In this document: piece by piece, positions 39,501-51,300 of the stretch
How positions within the stretch are numbered: position 1 is the first letter of the stretch
Layout: the number at the start of each line of letters is the position of its first letter
From: Macrostomum lignano
Lineage: Eukaryota
Assembly: GCA_002269645.1 (NCBI GenBank)
Contig: NIVC01002624.1
Location: 1 to 60,120, forward strand
Length of the DNA: 60,120 nucleotides
Direction: 5' to 3'
The notes under the pieces: model-generated
The model's input: only the letters and a program-made list of their open reading frames with translations
What the model was told of the DNA's origin: nothing
Database searches by the model: none
Made by a program: the position numbers and the translations under genes

Positions 39501-39867
39501 TCTGCTGCAGGCGGTCCCTCAGAGGTCCCTCGGGCAGCCTCTCCAGAGCCTGCTCAAGACGCTCGAGAAGACCCTCAAGAAAGTCGACGCGGTCGGACTC
39601 GCCGAAGTTGAAAGCGGCGTCCTGCAGGTCGGTCAGCTTGCGGCGCAGGTACTCCAGAGCCTTGTTCAGGTAGGGACGCAGCCTCGAGTCCTCGGGCAGC
39701 TTGGCGATGGCGTCCTCCAGACGGGCGATGGCCCGCTCCAGCATCTCGATGGCCTTCTCGCGCCAGTCGGACACATCAAGCTCCTGGGCTGGCAGAGCCT
39801 TGGCGTCGGTGAAAGCGATGGGAGCCGCGACAGCGGCTACGGCGATCAGCACCCACAGTAGCTTCAT
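36599..39867 (-). CDS. Unrecognised secreted alpha-helical repeat protein, 4 coding exons, 491 aa
   Basis: Exons 39867-39481 (129 aa, with signal peptide MKLLWVLIAVAAVAAPIAFTDA), 38829-38293 (179 aa), 37257-36721 (179 aa) and 36613-36599 (LLNN-stop). All are phase 0 with GTGAGT donors and CAG acceptors. A probable 5'UTR intron spans 39966-39872. Confidence 0.85.
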
Positions 39868-41313
39868 GGTTCTGCAAGTCGCGGTTTCGGTTTGAAAGCA
39901 ATTCGTATAATCAATACAAAAGCTGACAGAATTGCAGCAATGCACGAGCTTATTGATGAGACTTACCGTTAAGCGTAGTCTTGTATACCGTAATCAATGA
40001 CAGAAATATCAACAAAGCGGCTGCTGACTAATTTATAGTAATAGTCACAGCAACACGTGCTGATCGAGCGCTTGCCATTGAATCTTATCGGTCCAATGGG
40101 GTCATGCAACGTCAGCCGTGTAACCCCGTCAGCTTGCCAATTGTCAATACCAGACTGAAAATTCGTTTCTACAAAGTTTCGCACCCTGCTATGACCAGTT
40201 TAAGGCGGTTTCTCATTCTCACACACTGTCACTTCGTGACAAAACTTGCTGACTACATGGGCTGATTTTATAACGTGATTTTTTCTGCTTTTTTGTTGAC
40301 TGTTGAACAGCGATATGGGCGCTTGTATGCGTGGGTGCAGAAAAAGAAAACAATTTCAATATTTCCCGAGCGCATGAGCCTGTCTTTGATAGATGCGTAG
40401 CACGCAGTAAAGAAAAGACTCGAACTCTACCACTACGAGATCTACGAACTAGTCCAATGAGGAATATCACGAGTATTCCAACTGGCAGAACTTAGAGTCT
40501 ATAGATTCAATTAAGTATAGATTATAGATTATAAGATTATAAGATCATAGATTCAATTAAGTATTTCCATGTCTTATAAGGGTAAAGACTGCTTTTGAGA
40601 AATTAAATGAGCCCTTAATCAAGTAAAATGGTCGTAAAAGAGAGACAAGAGCAAAAGACAGACCAGCTCAGTGGGTAAACGCGTCCGACTTTCCGTGTGT
40701 GTCGACATCAAATTGACGGCCAAAAACCTCAGGGCACAGGGCGTGTACATATCAGTCTTAATTTGTAAAGTTCCAGAAAGGCTCACATACAATACTATTA
40801 AAATATCTTAGATGGTATCACTTGCAGACGATAGACAGCATAGTTCGATAATACAAGGAGCGTATCAAATTAATCTTTTATCTTTAGCGCAGCTGTTGCC
40901 AGTGTCTGTAACAGTAGGAATACATTTTCCGTCCGTCGAACTGCCAAGAGTAGAAATTCCCTAGGGACAATTTTTTGTTGCACACCTCGAAAAATAAATA
41001 AGTCGCTAGCCCTCCATACAGTCGAGATATTCAACGATTCTGCCAGATCAGATTTTTCCAAAAGCTCCAGTGTATTCAATGCACCCCCGTGCACCAATCA
41101 GCACTGCGCCTCACTGCGGCCTTGCGAAGCCTCCAAATTTCATCAGCACGTCGACCACACGTGTCTATGTATCTGGTCACTGGCCTTCTTCACCTAGACG
41201 GAGCTTCGGGACCTTCAACAGATAGCACCGAGTGACTATGGACACTCTATTGCGAATTTCTCTGATCAAGCCTCATCAGTGGGCAAACCTCAAATGCTGG
41301 ACATCCTCAGCTA

Positions 41314-41790
41314 CGAGGGGTGTCCGGAAATAAAGTTCCGACGCTTTTGATCCCAGAGCAAAAACAGCAGCAGCTGCAAGCACAACTTTTGGTGTCATTT
41401 TAAAGCGGCACGTCTCTTCTTTACAATCAATTCAGTCGCGTGTACTTTGGTTATTTCATTCAAAAGTTGTGTTTAAAGCCATCGAAAAGCCACTGATAGT
41501 CGTACACTCATTGCACACTCATGATGGTGTCGATGATCAGAAAAAACCAAAATACTTGACTAAGCAAAATTTCGCAAGGTGCAAAACAGCGAGATTTGCT
41601 TACAAGTGACGGAGTGTATAAAATACTCAACACAGAAGGGGTGGGCGGTAAGAGGGATGCACTGTACATTAGAGCCGTTTCGTGAACGCTGATATACTAC
41701 TGCTGGTATATGACACCAAAATTTGTGCTTGCAGCTGCTACTGTTTTTGCTCTGGGATCAAAAGCGTCGGAACTTTCCGGACACCCCTCG
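41314..41790. mobile_element. Tc1/mariner-type MITE, 477 bp
   Basis: About 85-bp TIRs starting CGAGGGGTGTCCGGAAA, with TA target duplications at 41312-41313 and 41791-41792. Confidence 0.88.
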
Positions 41791-42195
41791 TAGTTTCTCA
41801 AGCATTCGGTCGTTATCCAGACGCTGTCGGCACCTTCAACTCAAAAGACGGCACGAAGCGACTATGGGCACGGTCCGGAGGGCTGGCGACTTGATTCGTG
41901 TTTCAGAAGATGCGCAGAAAAAATTATCTAAGGGAACCTCCCCCTCCTGGTAGTTCTATTGTTAATACGAGCGTAGACTGTAAAAAAAGAAAAAAAATTC
42001 AAATTTGTTGGATATTTCCTTGCATTTTTGCAACAAATTGACAAGCAGCAATGCAATGCAAGTAAATTTTATTTTAGAATACAATCAGTTTGAATAGTTA
42101 CACAATAAAAATGCTACAGAACAAGCAGGTTAACTAAGCAGTGAGTTTTTGCTAACTGTTATTACATTCCATTAGCTACGAGTTCCGGATTTAGT

Positions 42196-42801
42196 TCAAG
42201 CATCCTTAGGCCTATCGGACAGCTGTCGCCGGTCCAAAATATGATTCTCTGGCAGTTCAAACAGTCTTGGAACCTCATCTAGCTCCTGTTTAGAATACTC
42301 GTCCAAGCGTTTAGGCACAGGTAGCACCTGTTCAATGACGCCAGTAATGTTGTTTAGCAGGTTCTTGTTGACGGTCTCCAAGCCGTCCGGATGCAAGAAC
42401 GCCCTGGCCAGAGCGATAGGCCGCTCCCTGAGTTTGCTAGGCATCGTAGCTCGAATCTCGGACTTCATAACCAGAGTCGGATCTCGGCAGTGCATCTCGC
42501 GCATAGTCTCCTCACGTCTAAACGAAGGAAACCGAGTATGCTGCGTGTACAGCAGTCTGTCCCAGAACCGGCTGTTGTCTTTAGCGGCAATGTGTCGAGT
42601 ATTGATAACCACAACAAAATCGCCAACTTCAGTTAGATCCGGAGCGCTGATCGGTTTGTGCAGGCCGCGTAAATAGCGAGAGATTCGCTCGGCAGACAGC
42701 ATCGGGCACTGCTTGTAGCAGTCGTATAACCAATATTGCCGGGCAAATGTGGCCCATTGAAGGGCTCGCCAGTGAAGATGTGCGGGCAGCAGAAAGTTCA
42801 A
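42196..42801 (-). CDS. MRPL13: Mitochondrial ribosomal protein uL13m; start codon unresolved
   Basis: QWATFAR, LRGLHKPI, GDFVVVINTRHIA, YTQHTRFP, DPTLVMK, VPKRLDEY. No in-frame ATG lies upstream of QWATFAR. Confidence 0.9.
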   Translation of the reverse strand: MNFLLPAHLHWRALQWATFARQYWLYDCYKQCPMLSAERISRYLRGLHKPISAPDLTEVGDFVVVINTRHIAAKDNSRFWDRLLYTQHTRFPSFRREETMREMHCRDPTLVMKSEIRATMPSKLRERPIALARAFLHPDGLETVNKNLLNNITGVIEQVLPVPKRLDEYSKQELDEVPRLFELPENHILDRRQLSDRPKDA

Positions 42802-42934
42802 GTCAGTTCGTAGTTTGTCTTTTAGATAATTTAATGAACTTTTTGGTTGTGCGTTGCTAGCACTTCGGGTTTATTGTGCTGAACGCTTTTCGGAGTTGTG
42901 GTTTTTTAGGTTTGTCATGCCCGGCCCCCCTCCC

Positions 42935-43350
42935 TGAAGAGAGGAGACGAGAGGAGGAGAGAGACGAAAGGACAAGGGAAGGGAGGGAAGAGAAGGGAGT
43001 GGAGAGGAGGGAGAGGAAGAAGAAAACAGGAGGGTAGAGAATGTAGAAGAGAGAAGAGAGTGGAGAAGAGGGGATAGAAAGGAGTGGAGAGAAGGGGAGA
43101 GAAAGGAATGGAGAAAGGGGGAGAAAGGAAGGGAGAGGAGAGGAGGGAAGAGAAGGGAGGGAGAGAAGGGGAGAAGGAAGGGGAGAGAAGAGGGGAGAGA
43201 AGGGGAGAGAAGGGAGGCGAGAGGAGGGAGGCGAGAGGAGGGAGGCGAGAGGAGGGAGGCGAGAGGAGGGAGGCGAGAGGAGGGAGGCGAGAGGAGGGAG
43301 AGGAGGGAGGCGAGAGGAGGGAGAGAAGGGAGGCGAGAGGAGGGAGGGAG
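42935..43350. repeat. GA-rich low-complexity tract with GGCGAGAGGAGGGA units
   Basis: Direct reading. Confidence 0.9.
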
Positions 43351-43779
43351 ATGAGGAACGATTTCATCAGACTACTGATAGTAAGCTCAAAAATAGCAAC
43401 CTGTTTCTGTATTTCTTTTTTTACTCAATCTAAGTTAGATCAAAAAATAGGCAAATTAAATAACAGACTAAGCAGAATTGCATATTCAATCAGCAACTGC
43501 AAAAATCACTTTATTAATTCTGAATAATATTCAATACAAAGAGGCAGATACGAATAAGGATTGCAAAGTTACAAAAATCATTAATAACAAGGCATACAAT
43601 GATTTACAATCGAATACTTATTTATTAGACAAAATACCTGCAAATTGTTACCGCATAAAATTCAATACGCTACCCGCATAAGCGGGAAATCTCTATGGGT
43701 ATGTACTGCATTCTTTGTACATTTACTCTATAGATTCTTCATGGCAAAGAATAATTGGCTATGCGCAACAAAAAATATT

Positions 43780-44512
43780 TTAGCGCCATGATGGACACTA
43801 ATTTTAGCGCCACCATGGACACTTATTTGGCGCTATTGGACACAAATTTTAGCGCCATGATGGACACTGATTTTAGCGCCATGATGGACACTGATTTTAG
43901 CGCCATGATGGACACTGATTTTAGCGCCATGATGGACACTAATTTTAGCGCAATGATGGACACTAATTTTAGCGCCATGATGGACACTAATTTTAGCGCC
44001 ATGATGGACACTAATTTTAGCGATATGATGGACACTAATTTTAGCGCCACCATGGACACTTATTTGGCGCTATTGGACACAAATTTTAGCGCCATGATGG
44101 ACACTGATTTTAGCGCCATGATGGACACTGATTTTAGCGCCATGATGGACACTGATTTTAGCGCCATGATGGACACTAATTTTAGCGCCATGATGGACAC
44201 TGATTTTAGCGATATGATGGACACTAATTTTAGCGCCATGATGGACACTAATTTTAGCGCCATGATGGACACTGATTTTAGCGCCATGATGGACACTGAT
44301 TTTAGCGCCATGATGGACACTAATTTTAGCGCCATGATGGACACTGATTTTAGCGCCATGATGGACACAAATTTTAGCGCCATGATGGACACTGATTTTA
44401 GCGCCATGATGGACACTAATTTTAGCGCCATGATGGACACTGATTTTAGCGCCATGATGGACACTGATTTTAGCGCCATGATGGACACTAATTTTGGCGC
44501 CATTATGGACAC
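43780..44512. repeat. 21-bp minisatellite (TTTTAGCGCCATGATGGACAC+T(A/G)A)
   Basis: Direct reading. Confidence 0.95.
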
Positions 44513-44776
44513 CAACGATAGATCTCAGATGGTGTATTCGTAAATAGAGAACTATTTTTGGAAAATTATACTGCATAAAATACATACAAACAATGCTTCA
44601 AATAAACAGTTAGCTAAAGCTTTCCTTCGTATAAAATTATATTTATTACAAAATCAGAACTATAAATCGATTGATACATTGCTACTGATAGTAGTGCATG
44701 GAAAAATCACTGCGACAATAATTAGGAAAGACAAAATCGCATAGTTCAAAATCGCCACATAGGCATCGTGCTTATG

Positions 44777-45326
44777 CCGTATAAAAGTGGGTGGGACGGC
44801 ACGGTGTCATATTTTTTGGTTACCTTCAAAATGTGACACCGCCTGTCACACTTGTGACCGTCAAGTTAATAATGTGACCCTACAATCTGACCGTCGCAAA
44901 CAAATTAGTATGAGTGACCATTTATTTGACAGTCACATTTGAGGGTCACATTGACGGTCACATGAGTGACCATTTATTTGAGGGTCACATTGACGGTCAC
45001 ATGAGTGACCCATTTATTTGAGGGTCACATTAACGGTCTCATGAGTGACCATTTATTTGAGGGTCACATTGACGGTCACATGAGTGACCATTTATTTGAG
45101 GGTCACATTGACGGTCACACGAGTGACCATTTATTTGAGGGTCCCATTGACGGTCTCTTGAGTGACCATTTATTTGACGGTCACATTCGAGGGTCGCATT
45201 GACGGTCACAATAGAGGGTCACATTGACGGTCACACAAGTGAACATTTATTTAACGGTCACATCCGAGGGTCACATGCGATACCGTTGTTTGATGGTCAA
45301 AATGTGACCAACCCACTTTTATACGG
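44777..45326. mobile_element. MITE-like element with 16-bp TIRs and an internal ~36-39-bp tandem array
   Basis: CCGTATAAAAGTGGGT at 44777-44792 is inverted at 45311-45326. The internal unit is GAGGGTCACATTGACGGTCACATGAGTGACCATTTATTT. No clear TSD. Confidence 0.65.
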
Positions 45327-45399
45327 GTAGAGTTATTATGGCACTCAGCATTTATGGATACGGGAACCAACATTTGAAAAAAAACTTCTTGACCCGAAC

Positions 45400-48300
45400 T
45401 CAACGCTTCATAGCCTGAGTCCAGTCGTGCAGCGTGTCAATCAGCTGAGGCATGAAAGCTGATAGGCTGTCTTGGATCACTTTCACAATATGCTGAGTGG
45501 CCTCTTCGTCAGTGAGATGCAGACAGAATCGGTCAGTCAGCTTCTTCAGCGTCTTGTCCGGCTCCATAGCGATTTCGGGCACGCTGGAATCCAGCATGAG
45601 CGAGAACAGATTAACAATGACGCTGGCGTGCCGGCGCAGGCTTTTATAAGCGGTGTCGCAGTGCTTGAGGAAGGCAATAAACTCCTGGCTATCCTGACCG
45701 CCCATCGCTGCCACCATGCCGTCTGTCAGCTTCATTGGCGGCGGCATCACTTTGGGATCGCGACCGAGAATGAAGCCGAAATCAATGTGGAACAGGCGGC
45801 CATCTCTGGTCAGCATCAGGTTGTCCAGGTGCCTGTCCCCCACGCCCAGCAGGTAGGTCACTATGCAGTAGCCGGCACAGGAGCGAACATAGTTCTCTAG
45901 GACTTCCGGTTTGACACCGTAGGGACTGGCTGGGCTGCTGCCGCACTGGCGCAGGTAGTTCAGCACAGAGGTCTGCACCGAGCTCAGCGGCACCTGTGGG
46001 GGGGGGGGGAGGCAGGTAGGGATGGAGGTGTTACAGTTGACAACTTTATTGAAGACTGTTTCAGGAAATTAAAGGTGCGGGGCTGAGACAAAACACAGGG
46101 CGAGAAAACAGATGATCGGGTGAGTGATCGAGAGATTAGAAGAGAAGAGGGAGATTAGACGTGAAAGGGAGATCACAGGTGAGAGGGAGATCACAGGTGA
46201 GAGGGAAATCACAAGTGAGAGGGAAATCACAGATGAGAGGGAGATCACAGATGAGAGGGAGATCACAGATGAGAGGGAGATCACAGATGAGAGGGAGATC
46301 ACAGGTGAGAGGGAGATCACAGGTGAGAGGTAGATCACAGGTGAGAGGGAAATCACAGATGAGAGGGCCATACCGAATTGATGCACTGCACAAAGCCCTG
46401 CTCGCGGCCGGTGGCCAGCACCCGATAAGGCGTGAGTCTGAGATCGACATTCTCCTGTCTGAGCAGCCGGTCCATCAGCTCAATCATTTGCATCACTAAC
46501 TGATCTTGCCGAAGATCGTCGCCATATTTAAATATCGTAGTGTAAGTTTTAGAGCTTCTAGGAGGCGATTTCTGCTGTTGCTGCTGCTGCTGCTGCTGAG
46601 GCGCCGGTTCCAATAGGAATTTAATCCTAGCCGGCATTCGAGAACTTTTAAACAGACCAGCGGAGCGGCTGTCCAAGCCTACGGCTCTGCAGGACGGATC
46701 CAGCATGAATTGGAATGGGAAAAATGTCTGCTTGGCCAGCTTAGCCTGGTGCTGCTGCTGCTGCTGCTCAGCTACGGTTTTTCCACCGCTGCTGGCGACG
46801 GCCGATGTTGGGGAAGCCGACGCTGAGTCCCGGGGGGCGTGAGCAGCGGCGCTAGGGAATTCCTCATCTAGTCGGACTCGAAGCAGTTCCTCTTTTTTTA
46901 ATCGATCGCCCCGTTCGGAGTTCACCGCGCTTAGAATTGTTGCTAGGCGAGCGACAAAACGGTCTTGACGTTTCAGATCGAGCGCGAGGCTGCGCTGGTC
47001 CAGGTTGCCGTTTTTCAACCGCTGCAGCAGCCGGTTGCGCACCTGCCAGGTGGGGTGGGGTTTTAGAGATTAGAATGCGGTTCTGAGGGATTAGAGAGGC
47101 GATTCTGAGGGATTAGAGAGGCGATTCTGAAGGATTAGAGATCCGATTCTGAAGGATTAGAGAGGCGAGTCTGAAGGATTAGAGAGGCGATTTTGTGGAA
47201 TTAGAGAGGCGATTCTGAATGATTAGAGAGGCGATTTTGCGGGATTAGAGAGGCGATTCTGAAGGATTAGAGAGGCGAGTCTGAAGGATTAGAGAGGCGA
47301 TTTTGTGGAATTAGAGAGGCGATTCTGAATGATTAGAGAGGCGATTTTGCGGGATTAGAGAGGCGATTCTGAAGGATTAGAGAGGCGATTCTGAGGGATT
47401 AGAGAGGCGATTCTGAAGGATTAGAGAGGCGATTTTGCGGGATTAGAGAGGCGATTCTAAAGGATTAGAGAGGCGATTCTGAGGGATTAGAGAGGCGATT
47501 CTGAAGGATTAGAGAGGCGATTTTGCGGGATTAGAGAGGCGATTCTAAAGGATTAGAGAGGCGATTCTGAGGGATTAGAGAGGCGATTCTGAAAGATTAG
47601 AGAGGCGATTCTGAGAGATGAGAGAGGCGATTCTGAGAGATGAGAGAGCCGATTCTGAGATTAGAGATCCGATTCTGAGATTAGAGATCCGATTCTGAGA
47701 GATGAGAGATCCGATTCTGAGAGATGAGAGAGCCGATTCTGAGATTAGAGAGATGAATCGGGGAAAATCAGTGGGTGATTCTCTATGCCGATGGCAGTAA
47801 GAGGGGCGTTCTCTGATCTGGGGAGACAAAATAGCAATCAAAAATGTGCACCTGTCCGAAGAACTTCTCTCCCTCGCCAGCGTCCTCAGCCTCCACAGTG
47901 AGGTACCAATAGAACAGCTGGGCCAGCCGGCCGCCCTGCCGCTTGCAGCAGTGGTCGATCAGGAAATTAGTCAGCGGCTCGTCCGAGGCGGCCCCGGCGT
48001 GTCGGCGATAACTAATTGGACCTTCGTCCTCGGCTAGGGCTTCGGTGAGCAGGTGCTCAACTGCCGAAGATGAAGAATTGCTTGTTGCAGATTTTTGAGA
48101 TGTAGTTGCGTCGAATGCCTGCTGCTGTTGAGAAGAGATCGATGATGAGTCGGCAGAAGATGATTGCTCCTGCTGCTGCTGCTGCTGATGCTGCTTTCGC
48201 GAAGATGCAGGACCTCCGATAGGCGGCTGGGAGGCTGCGGCGGCTGGCTGCTGGTACTCATATCGCAGCGCCTGCACCAGCTGCGGCAGGTAGAGCAACT

Positions 48301-51300
48301 GCGGATAGGTGGGTTATGAAATTGGGAGGGGGGTGTAAGGCACATGGAAACCTGAGTACTTCACTTCAGTCACGACCTCTGATTTGATTCCGTGAATGGA
48401 GAGTGCGATGGAGAGGCGACTATTGAGTCACGAGCGCATCACGTGAGCTGTAGAATCGTAAAAGGAGTCCCCGAAATAGTCGCTTAACTTCCTACTGACT
48501 CTCAAGTCTCAAGTAGACTAAACAGAGTTGCTATAAAAATTCGAAAAGCGATTCGAACTCATAAAGTGATGCAGACGCGCTTTAGACGCAACTCAGTTGA
48601 TTCTGCAACGACTCTGGCAGGTCTCAGATACAGACTCTACGGCCACAGAGTCGTTTCAGAGTCGCAGACTCTTACCAGTTCGTCCATAGGCGACTTGGCC
48701 AGCCTGCTGACAGCGTAGTGCCGAACAGCCGGGTGCGGGAAATCCGGCGACAGCAGCTCCAAGGCCTCGGCCGAGTCTAGGGCCTGCCAGTGCCGAATCA
48801 GGCCCAGAGCCTGCTGAACCTCGGCCGGCCTCGTGAAATCTATGCAGCGTAGAAATTTGCCCAACGCTCGCTTATAGCGGCTGAGATAGTAGCGGTACTT
48901 CCACACCAGATCGCGCTCCTCCATGCTGATCTCGCGGTGCGGCGGGTAAGCCATGATGGCGTGCAGGCAGTCGCGCTCGACAGCGTTCGGCTTTCGTTCG
49001 CGATCGAATGCGCCGCGCGAGACGCCGCGCTCGATGGCGTGATGCTTCTCCTCGGACAGATTGGCCGCGTTGATGTCCGGATCGGGGCACACGACCAGGT
49101 CTGCGGGCCCGGTCTGGAGGTGGGTGAAGGCCTTCTCAAGGAAACTGCTGGCAAGACATAATCATAATTGGTTACACCTGACCCAAATCGGCCGATGTGC
49201 AACCGACAGCTCAGCCGCAGCTATCGCGCGGCGCATCTGAAGGCTGCGTACGGATGTTCAGCCCAAGGACTGGGGGGGGGGTCGCCACACACGCCCTCAA
49301 TTACCCCAGCTAATGCTGGCACCCATTTTACAGCTGAGTGAACTGAAGCAGAGTGGCAGAGTTAAGTGTCTTGCTCAAGGACACAAACTGTTAAAGTGTC
49401 CTTGTTAAAGTAGGACGATTTCTTAGAAAACTGGTTACAACGGCACTTTTTCAAACTTAACTGTTTTAAGAGAAAACGGTTCTAGCTTCTGTGCTAGTAG
49501 CTCGTATATAGTATCTGTGAAACATGTATTCTAAGTTAATTTGAAATTGTGTGTAAATATTATTCTGGCATTTAAATTAAAAATTCATTTTGCACGAAAC
49601 AACCCCCATCTGCAACTGGGCCCCGCCCTCTGTGTGAGTTGTTTAGTTCGCACATCGCATTTCAGACCAGCTTTAACACCCCATCTCTTTCTTCTATCGT
49701 CTATCAGACTGGGTAAACGATAAAACTCAATTAACACCGCAAATTGCGAGCCCGAGAGAAGGGTCATAAAACGCCTTAGCTTTTATTGTGAATGTACATT
49801 CTACACTGTACATTGGCCAAGGAGAGGCCTAAATGGTTGAACTGAAGAATTAAATTCAAACGGAGCGCCCATTGAAAGCATTAAAAAAGCATCGTTTTTC
49901 GAATATTTGACCCACTTCCAATTCGGATTTTTTTCTTCAAAAAAAGTTATTTATGATCGCCGAAAAACAAGAATTTTTTTTTAAAAAAATTGGCCAGACG
50001 GTCCTCAAAAAACAATTACTGACAGACAAACAGCGCAAAATTAGTATATAGACTAGCTATTAGCGCCCCCCCGTTGGGGACCCAACAAAGAATTGAGTAC
50101 AATATTTTTAATAAACTATATGTAGCTTCTAACCTCAGCCTTGACAGCTCAGCAATTCTCAGTGCATAGATTAGCGGTTGTTAAACACACCTGAGGCAGC
50201 AGCCGATGCGCGTCTCGTTCAAAGTACACGACCGAGTGCTCCAACGAGTCCAGCAGAAACTTCTGAAATGTCACATTAAGAAACATCAGGCCGCCACGGC
50301 GCCGCTTCTCAGCCACTATCCGCACCTCCAAATCTTTCAAAGCCAGCTGGTCCTGCCAGTCAATTTTATTGATGCTGCCCTCCGAATAGCGTTTGCGAAC
50401 TTTCAACAGGCGGGACAGCTCCGGGTAGCTGGTCTTGCCCACTTTGCCCGGCGTCACGCCCGGCTCGGCCACCTGTCCGGGCCACACAACCAGCTCGTAC
50501 ATGCCGCGGCGCATCTGGCCGCGCTTGCTGAACACAGATACACAGCTGCCGCCTATTGGTCGGCGCCTATGGGAGATTGCGGGTAGCGATTAAGCTTTCT
50601 TTCTTTCTTTCTTTTTCGGGTCACGGACATTGTAGCTAGACGTAGCTAATAGGACCGGGGGCGTAGCCCCATGCAGCCGGGGCGCTGACCCTGCGCGGGC
50701 GGGCAGTAGACGGCGGAATCCAATTTGCTGCCTGCGGCGGGTGGCCAGAGAGCGTGGGGACCCGAGTCCCGGTGCGCAGGGCTCCTCCGCAGACCGACTT
50801 ACAGCGATTAAGCTGCTGCTGTTGCTGGCTGTGCACTACTGTTAGTAGTAATATTTAGCTAAACTGGACTGAATAGGGTGTCTTGGCAATCTGGATAGCT
50901 AACGGCTGATACAGAAGGATCTGGGAGGGTGAGATCTAGGCCCAGGCCGAGGATCTGACCAACTGAGGATCTGACCAACTGAGAATCTGACCAACTGAGA
51001 ATCTGACCAACTGAGGATCTGACCAACTGAGGATCTGAACAACTGAGAATCTGACCAACTGAGGATCTGACCAACTGAGAATCTGACGAACTGAGGATCT
51101 GACCAACTGAGGATCTGACCAACTGAGAATCTGACCAACTGAGGATCTGACCAACTGAGAATCTGACCAACTGAGGATCTGAACAACTGAAAATCTGACC
51201 AACTGAGGATCTGACCAACTGAGAATCTGACCAACTGAGGATCTGACCAACTGAGAATCTGACCAACTGAGGATCTGACCAACTGAGGATCTGACCAACT

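Noticed and set aside
42870-42918. In-frame upstream ATG for MRPL13 with TAA read-through
   Set aside because: The extension has no MRPL13 similarity and TAA is a poor read-through codon.
43755-44585. MMDTDFSA repeat ORF
   Set aside because: 21-bp satellite with no unique coding flanks or splice support.
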